A DNA stretch of 64,000 bases, from the NCBI RefSeq assembly GCF_006345805.1, contig NC_043000.1, positions 157,728,001 through 157,792,000 on the forward strand, given 5' to 3'. The translations under genes and the position numbers were made by a program. This stretch comes from Octopus sinensis. Its lineage: Eukaryota. Under the pieces are notes generated by a model, which was given only the letters and a program-made list of their open reading frames with translations, did not search any database and had not been told where the DNA came from. Positions 13,764 through 26,429 of this stretch are shown one piece after another. Numbering within the stretch: the stretch's first letter is position 1; every line of letters starts with the position of its first letter.

Positions 13764-16700
13764 CTTGTGCATATACATGGCGGAAGCCAGTTCGTGACTG
13801 ACTACGACCACTTCCTATAATAATCTTACTCGGTCACGTAAGTCCGCGCAAACCTTCCAAGGATGCAAGAATTTTCTGTGCAACAATTCATGTTGAATGA
13901 ATACACTGCTCTACACCAATGATTCTGCTTTTCAGTGCAATCATTTATATAACCAGTAGAATAAAAGGAGTTGAAATGACAAGAAACCAACTGCCCGTCA
14001 ATTTTTTTCTTTAGTTTACCTTCTAGGAGAGAGTTTTCATAGGAACTAGGAGTCCACCCCTCCATGTGGTTCACATGCTATTTAACCACTAGCTGGGATC
14101 CTAGCAGATGTTTGTACTCCAAAAATGTGGCTAAGAGGTGATTTCACACTCTTCAAAGCTCTCGAACCCCTGTAGCAGGTTCGCATTTCGGATGCAGTTT
14201 AAAGTCTTACCTAGGACCTACATATATACATACAAAGATATATATACAGGCGATGCATGATGTATTTAGAAGATTGTATTTTTTTCGTTCGCGGTACGTG
14301 AATCACTTTGTCTCTATTCAGAGTTTCTCACTAAAAGTGACAAAGAGAAGAATGTCCCGAAGGAATACATTCTAGATAAAGACAATCGACCATCTTTGTT
14401 TGAATACATAGACCTTTAAGTTTTACCGAGTGTTTTCATTTTTATATGAATACATTTTCATTTGTATAGTAACATTGTACGTACGTACTTTCATTTCAAT
14501 GTGGATTTCAATAGTCTATTGTACGATACTATATTCTCTATTTGATGTCCTCGTTGCAAATCAATAAAATTAATATTGTAATCATTATTAGTTGGTACAT
14601 TGATTAAAATCGATAAAGATTTTATCAGGAATATACTGAGGTCGATTTAATCCACTTGCTTTTATAAATAATTTGAGTCTTGTTTCTGTGCTAGGATTCA
14701 TTGATATGATAATGGCAGAATTAGTATTACAACAACCTAAATGCATTGTTGCTTTTAGCAAATTTTTTTTGTATGAATTCAAATATTGAGCCGGAATGAA
14801 ATCTTACAGGATTCTGTTTAGGTTTTGCCCCTCAGAGGTTGTCAATAATAAATATAAGCCAAGAACTGAAGCTGATATAACCATATGTGCTCTACTCCAA
14901 AAGCTGCTATTGTTGTAAAGGTCCAGTCATTTTCATTTTAGTCAGGCAATTGGTGGTTGACTCGATACAAGAACAGACTAAATTATAGTTATCTCACTTT
15001 ACGTTTCATATCTCCACTCCCTGAGCACCTATTTTTCGTTACTTTCCTTGCTTTGTCGTGGCAATGTACACCATTAACTGTTTTGGATGAATATAATTAT
15101 TTGTACCAAACACACTAGCAATGTAGTTTTGTTTAGTTTTGTTTAAGTTTGATTAATGATAATAAAAGTAGGATATTGTTTTTGTCACTGTTGCTTAGTC
15201 ATGTTTCAGCAGCTAGGATCTACCATGTTTCCTAGAAAATCGTACCAAGGATCACATTATCCAATAAGTTCTTTTTAAGACGACAGGGTATATTTTGATG
15301 AGGGTTTAGGGAGCACATAAAGACACCATTATTTGCTCGAGGAATGCAGGAACCAGAAATGTCAAAGCAGCAGACAAGACGGTGTGTTTTATTTAGTCTT
15401 TTTTCGTTCGTAGATTTAACACAGTGTCAATTATGTTGCGTTTCCACTTCGCGTAGCCAACATACAAAGTACAGTCAACCATCTATCGGTCATTGCCCAT
15501 TAACAAAGCTGTTCATCTGCATTACCATTTTTACCAAACTCTTTGCATGTATTTTAATGAATTCTCATAAGGATTCATGATATTAATTGCAATCCCTATT
15601 AGTCGAATAAAATAAGTAGCAAAATGTTTATGGTAGCATGACGGAAACTTTAGTAATGGGGGATGCTAATAGAGGCAGAAAGGGATTAATTACCACTCAG
15701 ATAGACAAGCTCATGGTATGAATGCAAAATGTAAGGTGCAATTCAAGCACTGTGATCGAGGTTCTGAAGATTCGCTCCAGTTTCTATCTAGTTTTAAAGA
15801 GTTCTTATGTGAATGGCTAAATAACTTTTTTACTATATAATTGATTTATATGTATGCATGCATATGGGTATGTATGTGTGCTTATGTGCGAATGCATGTT
15901 TATATAAATAGATATAATGTGTTTATCCATAATACGTACATTCACATATGTATATACTTATATGCTTATATATACACATGCATTCACACACAAACCCAGA
16001 AGCATACACACATATATGACTGTATAATTACTGAGTGAGAGAAGGAGAAATTGAATGGTGAGTAGAGATATATTATGAAGAAATGCTGAGAGAGAGGGAG
16101 GGGGCACATGTGTGCATATAAAGCCATCGTTATGTTGGGGACCAGCAGAATGCAGTGGTTTCTCCGGTTGGTGCGCCAGACAGGCCAAATAAACGTATAA
16201 TATCCGGATGTATTAGCAATCCTGTATAAATATACTCATTCTGATCAATTGCCTTCTTCTAACAATACCTTGATTCTATTTTTAATGTTGAAGCTTATGT
16301 CAATCAGCAGCATAGGATTTTAGAAGCAACAATAGGACGACAAAAGCGGGAAAAGAAAGTGTGTGAGGAAGGGAGAAAAAGAGAGTGAGAGCGAGAGAGA
16401 GAGTAAGAGAGGGAGAGAAGGAAAGAGAAAGGGTAGGAGGAAGGGAGAAAAGAGAGTGAGAGAGAGAGTAACAGAGGAAGAGAAGGACAGAGAAAGGGTA
16501 GGAGGAAGGTAGACAGATAGAGGGAGATTAAAGAGTAGTTGATAGGCAGGAGCATACGTGTGTGTGTGTTAGTATGTGCGTTGTGTGTGTGTCCGTGCGT
16601 GTGTATTAACGTGAATATGAATATAAATGTGAATATACAGGTATGCATATATACAAAGTCATTTAAGCATGGATATGTGTGCATATTTCTATATTGTACT

Positions 16701-17637
16701 TTAAGTACATCATAGATAGATGTATCTAGGGAAAGATACATCTTACTTATGTAATCAATGGATGTGTAGGTGACATCATGCGTTTACATATATGCAACTG
16801 TCTAAATAATGTAATATAAACACAAATAATCACACTAAAATTAGACAATAAAGTCTAATAAACAGAGCTCCCTTTGAGACTGTAGAGCAATGATTTGAGG
16901 TAAATTTAGCTGATATTTCTACCAGAGCAAATGGGCACTTAGGGACACTTCTCGTTGTTTTATTCATAAGAGACGATTTCAAATTTCCTGTAACGTTAAT
17001 AATGTAAGATGTACATATATTCCTTACTGGCTCTCTCAAACAGGTAACGTTCATGGCAAGGATTCTTATCTTTGGTAGGTTAATATGCGGTAATCCCTCC
17101 AGAAAAGATAGGGCAACAGAGAAAGTGCAGAGCGGTATTTTGGAATCCCATTTTTTTTTGTTACGGCAACAAATCTCGCTGAAATCCGCTGTAACTATTA
17201 TCGTTTACAATGTTCGATAAAATAAAGTACCATTCAAGAGCTGGATTAAATTTATAAAGCAACAGCTACAGCTTATAAAGTTTGGAACATTCTGTGTCAG
17301 AAATTAGTATTCCAGAAGCATTCGGAGGAGTATTTTATTAAAATTCTGCAAGTTCTTATGAAGCTTTGGATTTCAGGCGTTGATCGGAAGAGATAAATGA
17401 GATATAAATTCAATCCTGCTTCTAGGTATGGTGCCAGTGTCCCGACAGCAACTACTTATAATTCAGAAAACCCACCACCGGTATAAGAACACTGGAAAGC
17501 CCCTGCAGCGAATTAGAATCATGGCGCTGTATTTGAATTCGTAATCTATATGGGCACGTAATCACAGCCACTATAAGTATTTATATGTATGCATAGATAT
17601 ATGCATATATGTCAGATACCTGTAGCCTCACGTGAAC

Positions 17638-17727
<90 letters not shown>

Positions 17728-18855
17728 AAAACATCTGTAAATACAGCTTATATGCATATGGAATACAGATGTACACTTCTAAATATCTTTTCGTTAAGAA
17801 GATATTCCGGAAGTACTTTTAATGATATTCTTGGTTAAGCTTCGTGTTTTGTAAATATAACATAGACTGTACTAATATTGGTACGTATAATGTATCGAAA
17901 CCTGCAAGGTCAAAACTTCTAAAAGTATTTATTAAATCATTTCCAAGCATGCGTAATTGATTGTCATTTTCAGTATCGGTTAATATTTGACCATCGTTTT
18001 TGTATAAACCTAATTCTACAAAACTAAATGTCTGTAGCAGGTTTTGTCTGTAATTAATCCTATAAGAAGGAAGATTATAGCTTCATCAAAGTGGTCCAAA
18101 GGGACGTTGAAAAGCTCCGAGAATTACATGTAACCGTAAAACGTCAAAGAAAGATAAGCATGTAAGTTTAAATCTGTGATAATAAAGCTTTTCGTGACAG
18201 AACCGATAAACTTATGTTAAAACGTGCGAATCAAAATCCTCGTTCTTCGTCTAACTTTTTAAAACAGTCTCGTTCGCCGTCTAACATGTTTAAACAATTA
18301 TCACTGAGAAACAGTTGTTATGGAGGGGAAGTTTAGTAGAGTTAAAAAAAAAAAACAATTATCGCTAAAATGCAGACGCATTGCTTCAGCTAAGCGAGAA
18401 TTAGACAACTTTATGAAAATTGTTATCTATGCTAGACACACTTTAAGGACATCACTAATGCTTTTAATCAATGTGAGTAGCGATACTAAGAATCAACTTT
18501 TCAGACAAAATGCCTAAATATAACTTGAGGTATTTTACAATTACAGGGTTAGAATCAGTGACTTAATATTCTAAAAAATTTGCGTAGATATATTAGTAGT
18601 AAATTTTCCAGAATATCGTATCATATTATGTATATATATATATATATATATACAAACAAACGTTTTTATTTCTCTTTCAATTTCAGAATTATAACTATTG
18701 GCTGCTCTTTCTAGTGAGTCGAATGTCCTATTATGACCATTCCTTATATTTTTGAATGTATATTATATAGTCATTGCCTACTTTTTCGTTCCCACTGGAC
18801 CGCTAGTAGCGGAGATTTTTTTCTAGAATCTTTTGCTACCCTTATATTTATTATA

Positions 18856-18915
<60 letters not shown>

Positions 18916-19536
18916 ATATATATATAATATGTATGTATGTGTAAAGGCATACACATCTATACTCACATATTTGAACATATGCGTTTCTAAAAATTTCGTG
19001 CGCATTCTCTTTATAACTATACACATTATAATCGGATGATTCAGTAACATGTTTAATTTCGTTAGTACTACGTATATAAACCGACTTCGGCAATCTTATT
19101 GCAATATGCTCGTATGACAGGTTACCGGTTACACACCCATGACCTTTTGCACATTTCGTCAGTAAATTATGATTACTATGCCCTATTACGCAACCCCGGG
19201 CTTCTCGGAACAGCTGTCGACGTAATAGGGTACATATTTTCTGATCTGTAATTCTATAGTTTTTTGTGCTCTATGTTAAGATGTTTATATCAATCCTAAT
19301 TGCGTTTATCTCTATTAATACCTCTACATCAGCCTGGTTTTGATTTCTCTTATAGTTATTCTTGAAATCGCGAATATTTTCCTGCACGAAGAATTCGGCC
19401 TTTAACGTCAAATCCTTTTGAGCACTTCTATGTGTTTTCTTTTCTGAGCATGCTAACCTGTAGTCTATATTGTTTATAAACACATTTATATATGCTAGTA
19501 TTTGCATGTACATGTACTAACATATAGAATATATAC

Positions 19537-19581
<45 letters not shown>

Positions 19582-19721
19582 ATATGTATGTATATATGCA
19601 TATATGTATGTGTGTATGTACGTATGTGCGTATGTGTGTAGTCTCTATATGTTCGTCTGGATGTGTCTATGTGTAGACCTATATCCATTTTATAAATATG
19701 AATACAGTAACATACATACAC

Positions 19722-19756
<35 letters not shown>

Positions 19757-19772
19757 TATATATAATATATAT

Positions 19773-19804
<32 letters not shown>

Positions 19805-19905
19805 ATATTATATATATATATATATATATAGATATATATATATATATATATGATATATATATATAGATATATATAATATATATATATATTATATATATAT
19901 ATATT

Positions 19906-19939
<34 letters not shown>

Positions 19940-20470
19940 AACACATGAAGGCCGATGCATACACATACATACAACGGCAAACACGCACGCACACAAACAT
20001 GCATGCTCACCCATGAACACACACACACACACACACTCATATTTAATATATAATGATAAGATTAGGATATTGACTTACAGCCGGAAATTGCTGGCTGCTA
20101 CACGAAAGGAATAAGTGAAGTGATATGACTCACGAGTGAAACGATCGAATCTGAAAAGAAGAATTCGGCTAGCCTGAAGCTTATCTCTACGATACCGGTC
20201 ACGAGACTTCCAACCGAGTTCTAATCATTGGTATCCGATTACATTTACACGCTACTAACAAGATAAACCAACAAAGTCTAGACAGATATCGACAATTACT
20301 TTAGTCCGTTTTTGTTAATACATTTATGTATTTCTGTAGACAGCTGACAAACGCATTCGTGGAAGATATTGTGTATAAAGACAATATTCACACAACATGC
20401 TCACAATGTTATGTACGTACGGAAAGGTAATATACATTGATACATTATAATTAGAAAATTTACTGCTCCC

Positions 20471-20514
<44 letters not shown>

Positions 20515-20595
20515 TATATATATATACATATATTATTTATATGTATGTATGTAAATATATATATATATATGTGTATGTATCATATTATATAAATG

Positions 20596-20647
<52 letters not shown>

Positions 20648-20789
20648 TATATATATGTATGTATGTATATATATATATGTGTATGTATATATGTTCATTA
20701 TATATATATGTATATATATATATATATATATATAATTAACAATTACCAAGATATGCATATACACACAAACATATATATATATATATATA

Positions 20790-20825
<36 letters not shown>

Positions 20826-21222
20826 TACTCCCATAAATCTGTTACTTACATATATATACATACAAACACACACATATGAGACTAAATATGTATTTAGACA
20901 CAGACATACCCACAGAATGAGAAAAGGAAATCAGAGAGAAAGAAATAGATAGTGAGAAGGAGAGCGAGTGAGGGAGGGAGAGGAAGAGAGGGAGAGAGAT
21001 AGAGAGAGAGAGAGAAGGAGATTAATCAAAGCCAGCTTTTTCAATGTCTTTAAATCACACCGCAATGTTGACACGTCACTGAATAACCAGAACCGAGATA
21101 CAATTATAATTAAGCAACCGACACATTACATTTCTTTTTCTCTTTCTTTTACTTGTGTCCTCTTTATTTTTCACTTTCACATTTTCTCTATAACCTTTGC
21201 CGAATCTCTCTTCCTCTCCAAC

Positions 21223-21257
<35 letters not shown>

Positions 21258-21418
21258 CAACGGCATTTCACAACATCGCTTTCTCCTTTCTTCTCTCTGC
21301 AGAAGGCATTGATGGATTGTTAAGTCGTATTTGTTGAAATTCACAAACATTTATCAGAAATGTCACATCATGCTGATTTGAATAAATTCTATTTCCAATA
21401 AAAGCGTCTCTCTCTCTT

Positions 21419-21475
<57 letters not shown>

Positions 21476-21750
21476 TGCACACACACGTACAGACACACAC
21501 ATGCGAACACATCTTTCAAAAGAGAATCAGGCAGGAGAGGGCAATAACCATGACCTTTGCAGCTTCTTTGATATATAAATGTATACATAAACACACACAC
21601 ACACACACATACACACACACACGCACCACACACACACGCACCACACACACACACATGTATGTGCCTGTATGCATATAAATTCATATATTATTGCATACAT
21701 ATATAAATAATATTTACGTACATAAAAATGCGTATACAATATATGTAAGA

Positions 21751-21803
<53 letters not shown>

Positions 21804-22771
21804 TATACGTATAGTTATATATCACTATATCTATCTGTTTATCGATCTATCTATATATGAATGCATATTCGATGAAAATTTTCAGATATTTTCTTTATAT
21901 ATAGAAAAGAAACAGCATAAATGCATACACATATAGGCCAGTAATTATATGCATATATATATATGACCAATATAAAATCATATATATATATGTATGTATA
22001 CACATGAGTTCGTCTACACATACAGAGAGACACACTCAAATACGCACGTCAATACACACACGCGCGCACACACACACGCACACACAAGTATGTAAGTTGT
22101 GTAAATTTCCTATATGAAAATATACATCAGGTCTTGTAGGCAAGAATATCTTCTTGTGTATATATGCGTGTTTATCTTTGTTCAATTCACGTAGATGACT
22201 GCGAATAAAGATTCTAACGATAGAATGACCAATTACAGTAAATCAGCCGCGGAGACGGCTTCCAGAGTCTGAATGACACGAACAAGTCATCTATCTATGG
22301 GTCTAATGAACTTCTTATGTCGAAAGCAAAACGCCGGAAGTTTCTCGTAACGTACATTTGACATATTAGATATACTATTATGTTACGCTGTTGCCTATGC
22401 TCATGAATGCATCCAGTTGTTTACATGAATATAGATAAATGCATTCACAAAAATATACACACAGAAATTAGATAACTACATATATGTACATCTCAGCATA
22501 TAGCATGCAATTATAATCGTAAACGCATATGATCTGCTGCACAGAACAACCTCTACGTATATGCATATACATCACAGATACTAACACACACACACACACA
22601 TAAACACACAGCCACATACCCCCACACCCGCACACACACGCTCAGATACACACTCACACAAATACGCGCACTCGTACATGCTGGAATTAGTGTTTTTAAC
22701 GTATCTAATCGCACGCAGTGAAGAAGAAACCTCTATATATACATTATGGATATATAACATAACGTATAATC

Positions 22772-22803
<32 letters not shown>

Positions 22804-23316
22804 GGGGGTGGATTGTGGTAGTTGGGTATGTATGTGTGCATGTGTCTGTGTGTATATATATATACATATATATATGTGTGTGTGTGTGTGGATGGATGTA
22901 AATGTTTGCATGCATGTATTAGTGTGTGCCTGTGCGTTTATATGTAGTGTGCGGCGTGTCTTGAAAACTGCCAATAGAGTTTCTGCTCTGTAAATATCGA
23001 GACATTTTCGAGTCACGTTCGAAGCTTTTTATACCTAACCGCTGCTAATTACTTTAAGAACAAGGGTTACTGCTCTTACCAATCATTCTACCTATCAAAT
23101 ACATGGTATGCTACTGATAAAAATAAATAATAGTCTGGGGTAATGTTATGTGGCTAGTATTTATGGAATCGAGTGACGAAAATGTACACCATTCTTTTCG
23201 CCTTTGTTATTGTGAGTGTATAATAAATGTGACATATACGTATGCGTATATATACCTACGTATATATACACATACATATATACATACGTATATATATATG
23301 TGTGTGTGTGTGTGTA

Positions 23317-23538
23317 TACGAGGGTTGCTGAAAAGTTTCTGGCTTTGAGTAAAAGAAAATACAGGAGGATCAGTTAATTTTGATTTTATTCGAACGTATT
23401 ACCACCTCGGATTCACGCAGTTATCACAGCGGTACTTCGGTTTTCGTAAGCCCTGGAAAAGAACACGGAATGTTGGGCTCCAACCAAACCTTTAGCGATA
23501 ACCTATAAAGCCAGGAAATTTTTCAGCAACCTCTCTTA
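23317..23538. mobile_element. Tc1/mariner-type MITE (~220 bp)
   Basis: ~28-bp terminal inverted repeats TACGAGGGTTGCTGAAAAGTTTCTGGCTTT and AAAGCCAGGAAATTTTTCAGCAACCTCTCTTA, TA at the ends, no ORF. Confidence 0.8.
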
Positions 23539-25359
23539 TGGGTATCTGTGCGTTGTTGTGTGTGTGTGATTCTGTTTGTATGTGTATCTGTATTTGTGTA
23601 TCGGTGAATGCTAGATTGGTTTTGGTCCCTATATTTAACTTCAGTTATGCTTTTAAATTTCTTTGTGGTTACATACGAACATTACACAATTTCCTATCTT
23701 CTCAGCTCCTGTGTCCAATTCTGAAAACGTAATTAGTTTAACACCATTGAGGAAACCTCCATGTAGTTGGATGATATTGCTACATCTACATGTATTATAC
23801 ATGCATATATGGGTACAGGAAACCAGGAAATTTTCCTTGTGCTGTATGTCCTGTACTCTATTTTTTCGTTGTTTAAGAAAAATGTCCATTTCCTTGGTTT
23901 TGTGTTTATGTTTTCGTTTCTCATTGTGTTCGACGCTTTTGTTTGGTGTCCTGTACCCATATATGCATGTATTTATACATGTAGATGTCGGTACGTACAT
24001 ATATGTATGTATATATATGCATATGTTTTATTTATTAATTTGTTATTTTATCTCAACTTCCCTGTTTGTGCATTCATTTTTGAGGAATTCATTTTCATTC
24101 GATATCCTAGTTCAGCGCTCAGAAAGAAAAGAGATACGACAAAATGAAACTGTGGTAAAGTTTCGATTCGATATAAATTTTACCAAAGTTTTAACAATGT
24201 GTTTAAGTAACAGAAGTAACAGATCAAAGGTTTTACACCCCTGACATTTAACACTTAGACGGCAACATTTCTATTTTCTCCTGATTGAGTAAAATAAATA
24301 CGTATGACGTAGAGAGGTAAGGCGTGATGTAAGTATACCCCGTTCCTTCAAATTTGACTTCGCCATTAATGAAAATCAATCTATATTATCGCACCCTTGT
24401 ACGTTTCCATCATGAAAGCGAACAATTTCATGAATCAACGAACAAAATATAATCTATTCATTGAATTTTCTTAGTTAATTATACTTGTTTCTTTTCATTT
24501 TATTTTGACTATTCTTTAGTATAACTTGAGTTGAATCTGCTAATAAATTAGTCTATAGTGATATATCACGATTCCTCCAACGTCTTATAGATGTTTTCCT
24601 GCAACAGATACCATCGTTACAACTAGTCAAACAAAATTTATAAAGCTGCCTGAAGGTAGCCCCAAAACAAATTATACGGTAAAAGGAAACTCCCCAAGAC
24701 ATCCAACAAACAAACGATAAATCTACCATTGAAGCTCTAATGGACTTCAAAATGTATAGCTGAACATTTTGTGGCCAACGAAAGAAAAACCAACATTTCT
24801 ACGGAAGGAAAACATCAATGAGAATAAAAATGATATACAGATGAAAATAAAAGATTCGACCCCATGCAATGCCATTTCATATGAAACTAAATAGCGCCAT
24901 AGGTATCAGACATACCATTCAGCAACACGGCTAAATTCCCCCCAGAGCAACAACTGCAGAAACAACAAACAGTGATGACGAAAACTACAACAACAACAAC
25001 AACAACAAAAACGAAGGTTGCAAATAAAAAAAAGCTAAAAAATACAAAAAATAAAACAATACGAATATATTTTATAGATATAACTCAAGTTAGAAATAAA
25101 TCCTAGGATTCTTTACATCAAATATAACGTCAAAATTCATGTGTCAGTTTTTGTGCGTGTGTATGTGTGTGTTCGTTCGTCCGTCCGTCCCTCTGTGTGT
25201 GTGTGTTCGTCTGTCTGTCTGTGCCTGCGTGAGTGCGCATGTGCGCACGCGAACTTATAAACAGCGTTTTAGTGTTTGCTCAAATATTTCGCTCTGACTG
25301 ATGTTTTTGACGTTATCTCTTTTATTTACGTCATCTCATCTCCCAATTTCTCCTTTTGA

Positions 25360-25376
25360 ATCTAATAATAATAATA

Positions 25377-25433
<57 letters not shown>

Positions 25434-25568
25434 GAAGAAGAGAAGAAGAAGAAGAAGAAGAAGAAGAAGAAGAGAAGAAGAAGAAGAAGAAGAAGAAGAA
25501 AATGAAGAAGAAACACTCGGCGAGAAACGGAAAAAAATTTGAAGAATGAAGGGAAAATAATAATAATA

Positions 25569-25613
<45 letters not shown>

Positions 25614-25639
25614 CAATAATAATAATAATAATAATAATA

Positions 25640-25680
<41 letters not shown>

Positions 25681-25690
25681 GTAATAACAA
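25360..25690 (+). repeat. Compound (TAA)n-(GAA)n-(TAA)n array
   Basis: Direct reading. Confidence 0.95.
25510..25556 (+). mobile_element. Ultra-short 3' terminus of family-d LINE inside a (GAA)/(TAA) array
   Basis: GAAACACTCGGCGAGAAACGGAAAAAAATTTGAAGAATGAAGGGAAA matches 62557-62602 GAAAGCACTCGGCGAGAAATGGAAGAAAATTTGAAGAAAGAAGGAAA. Confidence 0.75.
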
Positions 25691-25696
25691 CAATCG

Positions 25697-25900
25697 CTTC
25701 TACTATAGGCACACGGCCACAAATTTAGTGGGAGAGGACTAATCGATGACATCGACCCCAGTGTTTTGCTGGTACTTAATTTATCGACCCCGAAATGATG
25801 AAAGACAAAGTCGACCTCGGTGAAATTTGAATTCAGAACGGAAGGACGCATGAAATAACGTTAAGCAAGTCGCCCTTCGTGCTAACGATTCTGCCAGCTT
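25697..25900 (-). mobile_element. SINE family B in a (TAA)n array
   Basis: Reverse complement of the family-B consensus. Confidence 0.85.
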
Positions 25901-25960
25901 AATATAATAATAATAATAATAATATTAATAATAATAATAAAAATAAAAATAGCAATAATG

Positions 25961-26000
<40 letters not shown>

Positions 26001-26001
<1 letters not shown>

Positions 26002-26396
26002 TTGACCTTAACCAGTTGAGCATGTCCCTTAGTGGCTGACGATATGTGCATCTCTGATCACGAGCAGAAGTAGTGGGGGAGCATCATAGCCATGTGTTGA
26101 GAGGGATTCTTTGGGGTTTGAATAGTTCACCTCTGGAAACATGGGTGGTTCTTTCAACATCCTTAAACAACCCTTATTCAGGGACCGTTTGAGCGGGATG
26201 GGCTACTCAACCTGAAGAAAATTCTAACTGGGCCCCACCTGCAAGGTCATGTGCTGTTTATCTTGATATGAGATCACCATGTCGCGCACATATGGTTGTG
26301 ATGCATGTGCCTAGTGTACCTTTATCAGACGGGTAGTGCATTGGGCTTCGTATATTTTACCCCAGTGTCACTTTGATGGCATGAACTGCTCTCTCA

Positions 26397-26400
<4 letters not shown>
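26001..26400. repeat. Unclassified ~400-bp interspersed repeat (element E), copy 1
   Basis: Matches 61358-61743 over ~320 bp (GGGGAGCATCATAGC...GAAGAAAATTCTAACTGGG.CCCACCTGCAAGG...GGCATGAACTGCTCTCTCA). Bounded by (TAA)n on both sides. Confidence 0.85.
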
Positions 26401-26429
<29 letters not shown>

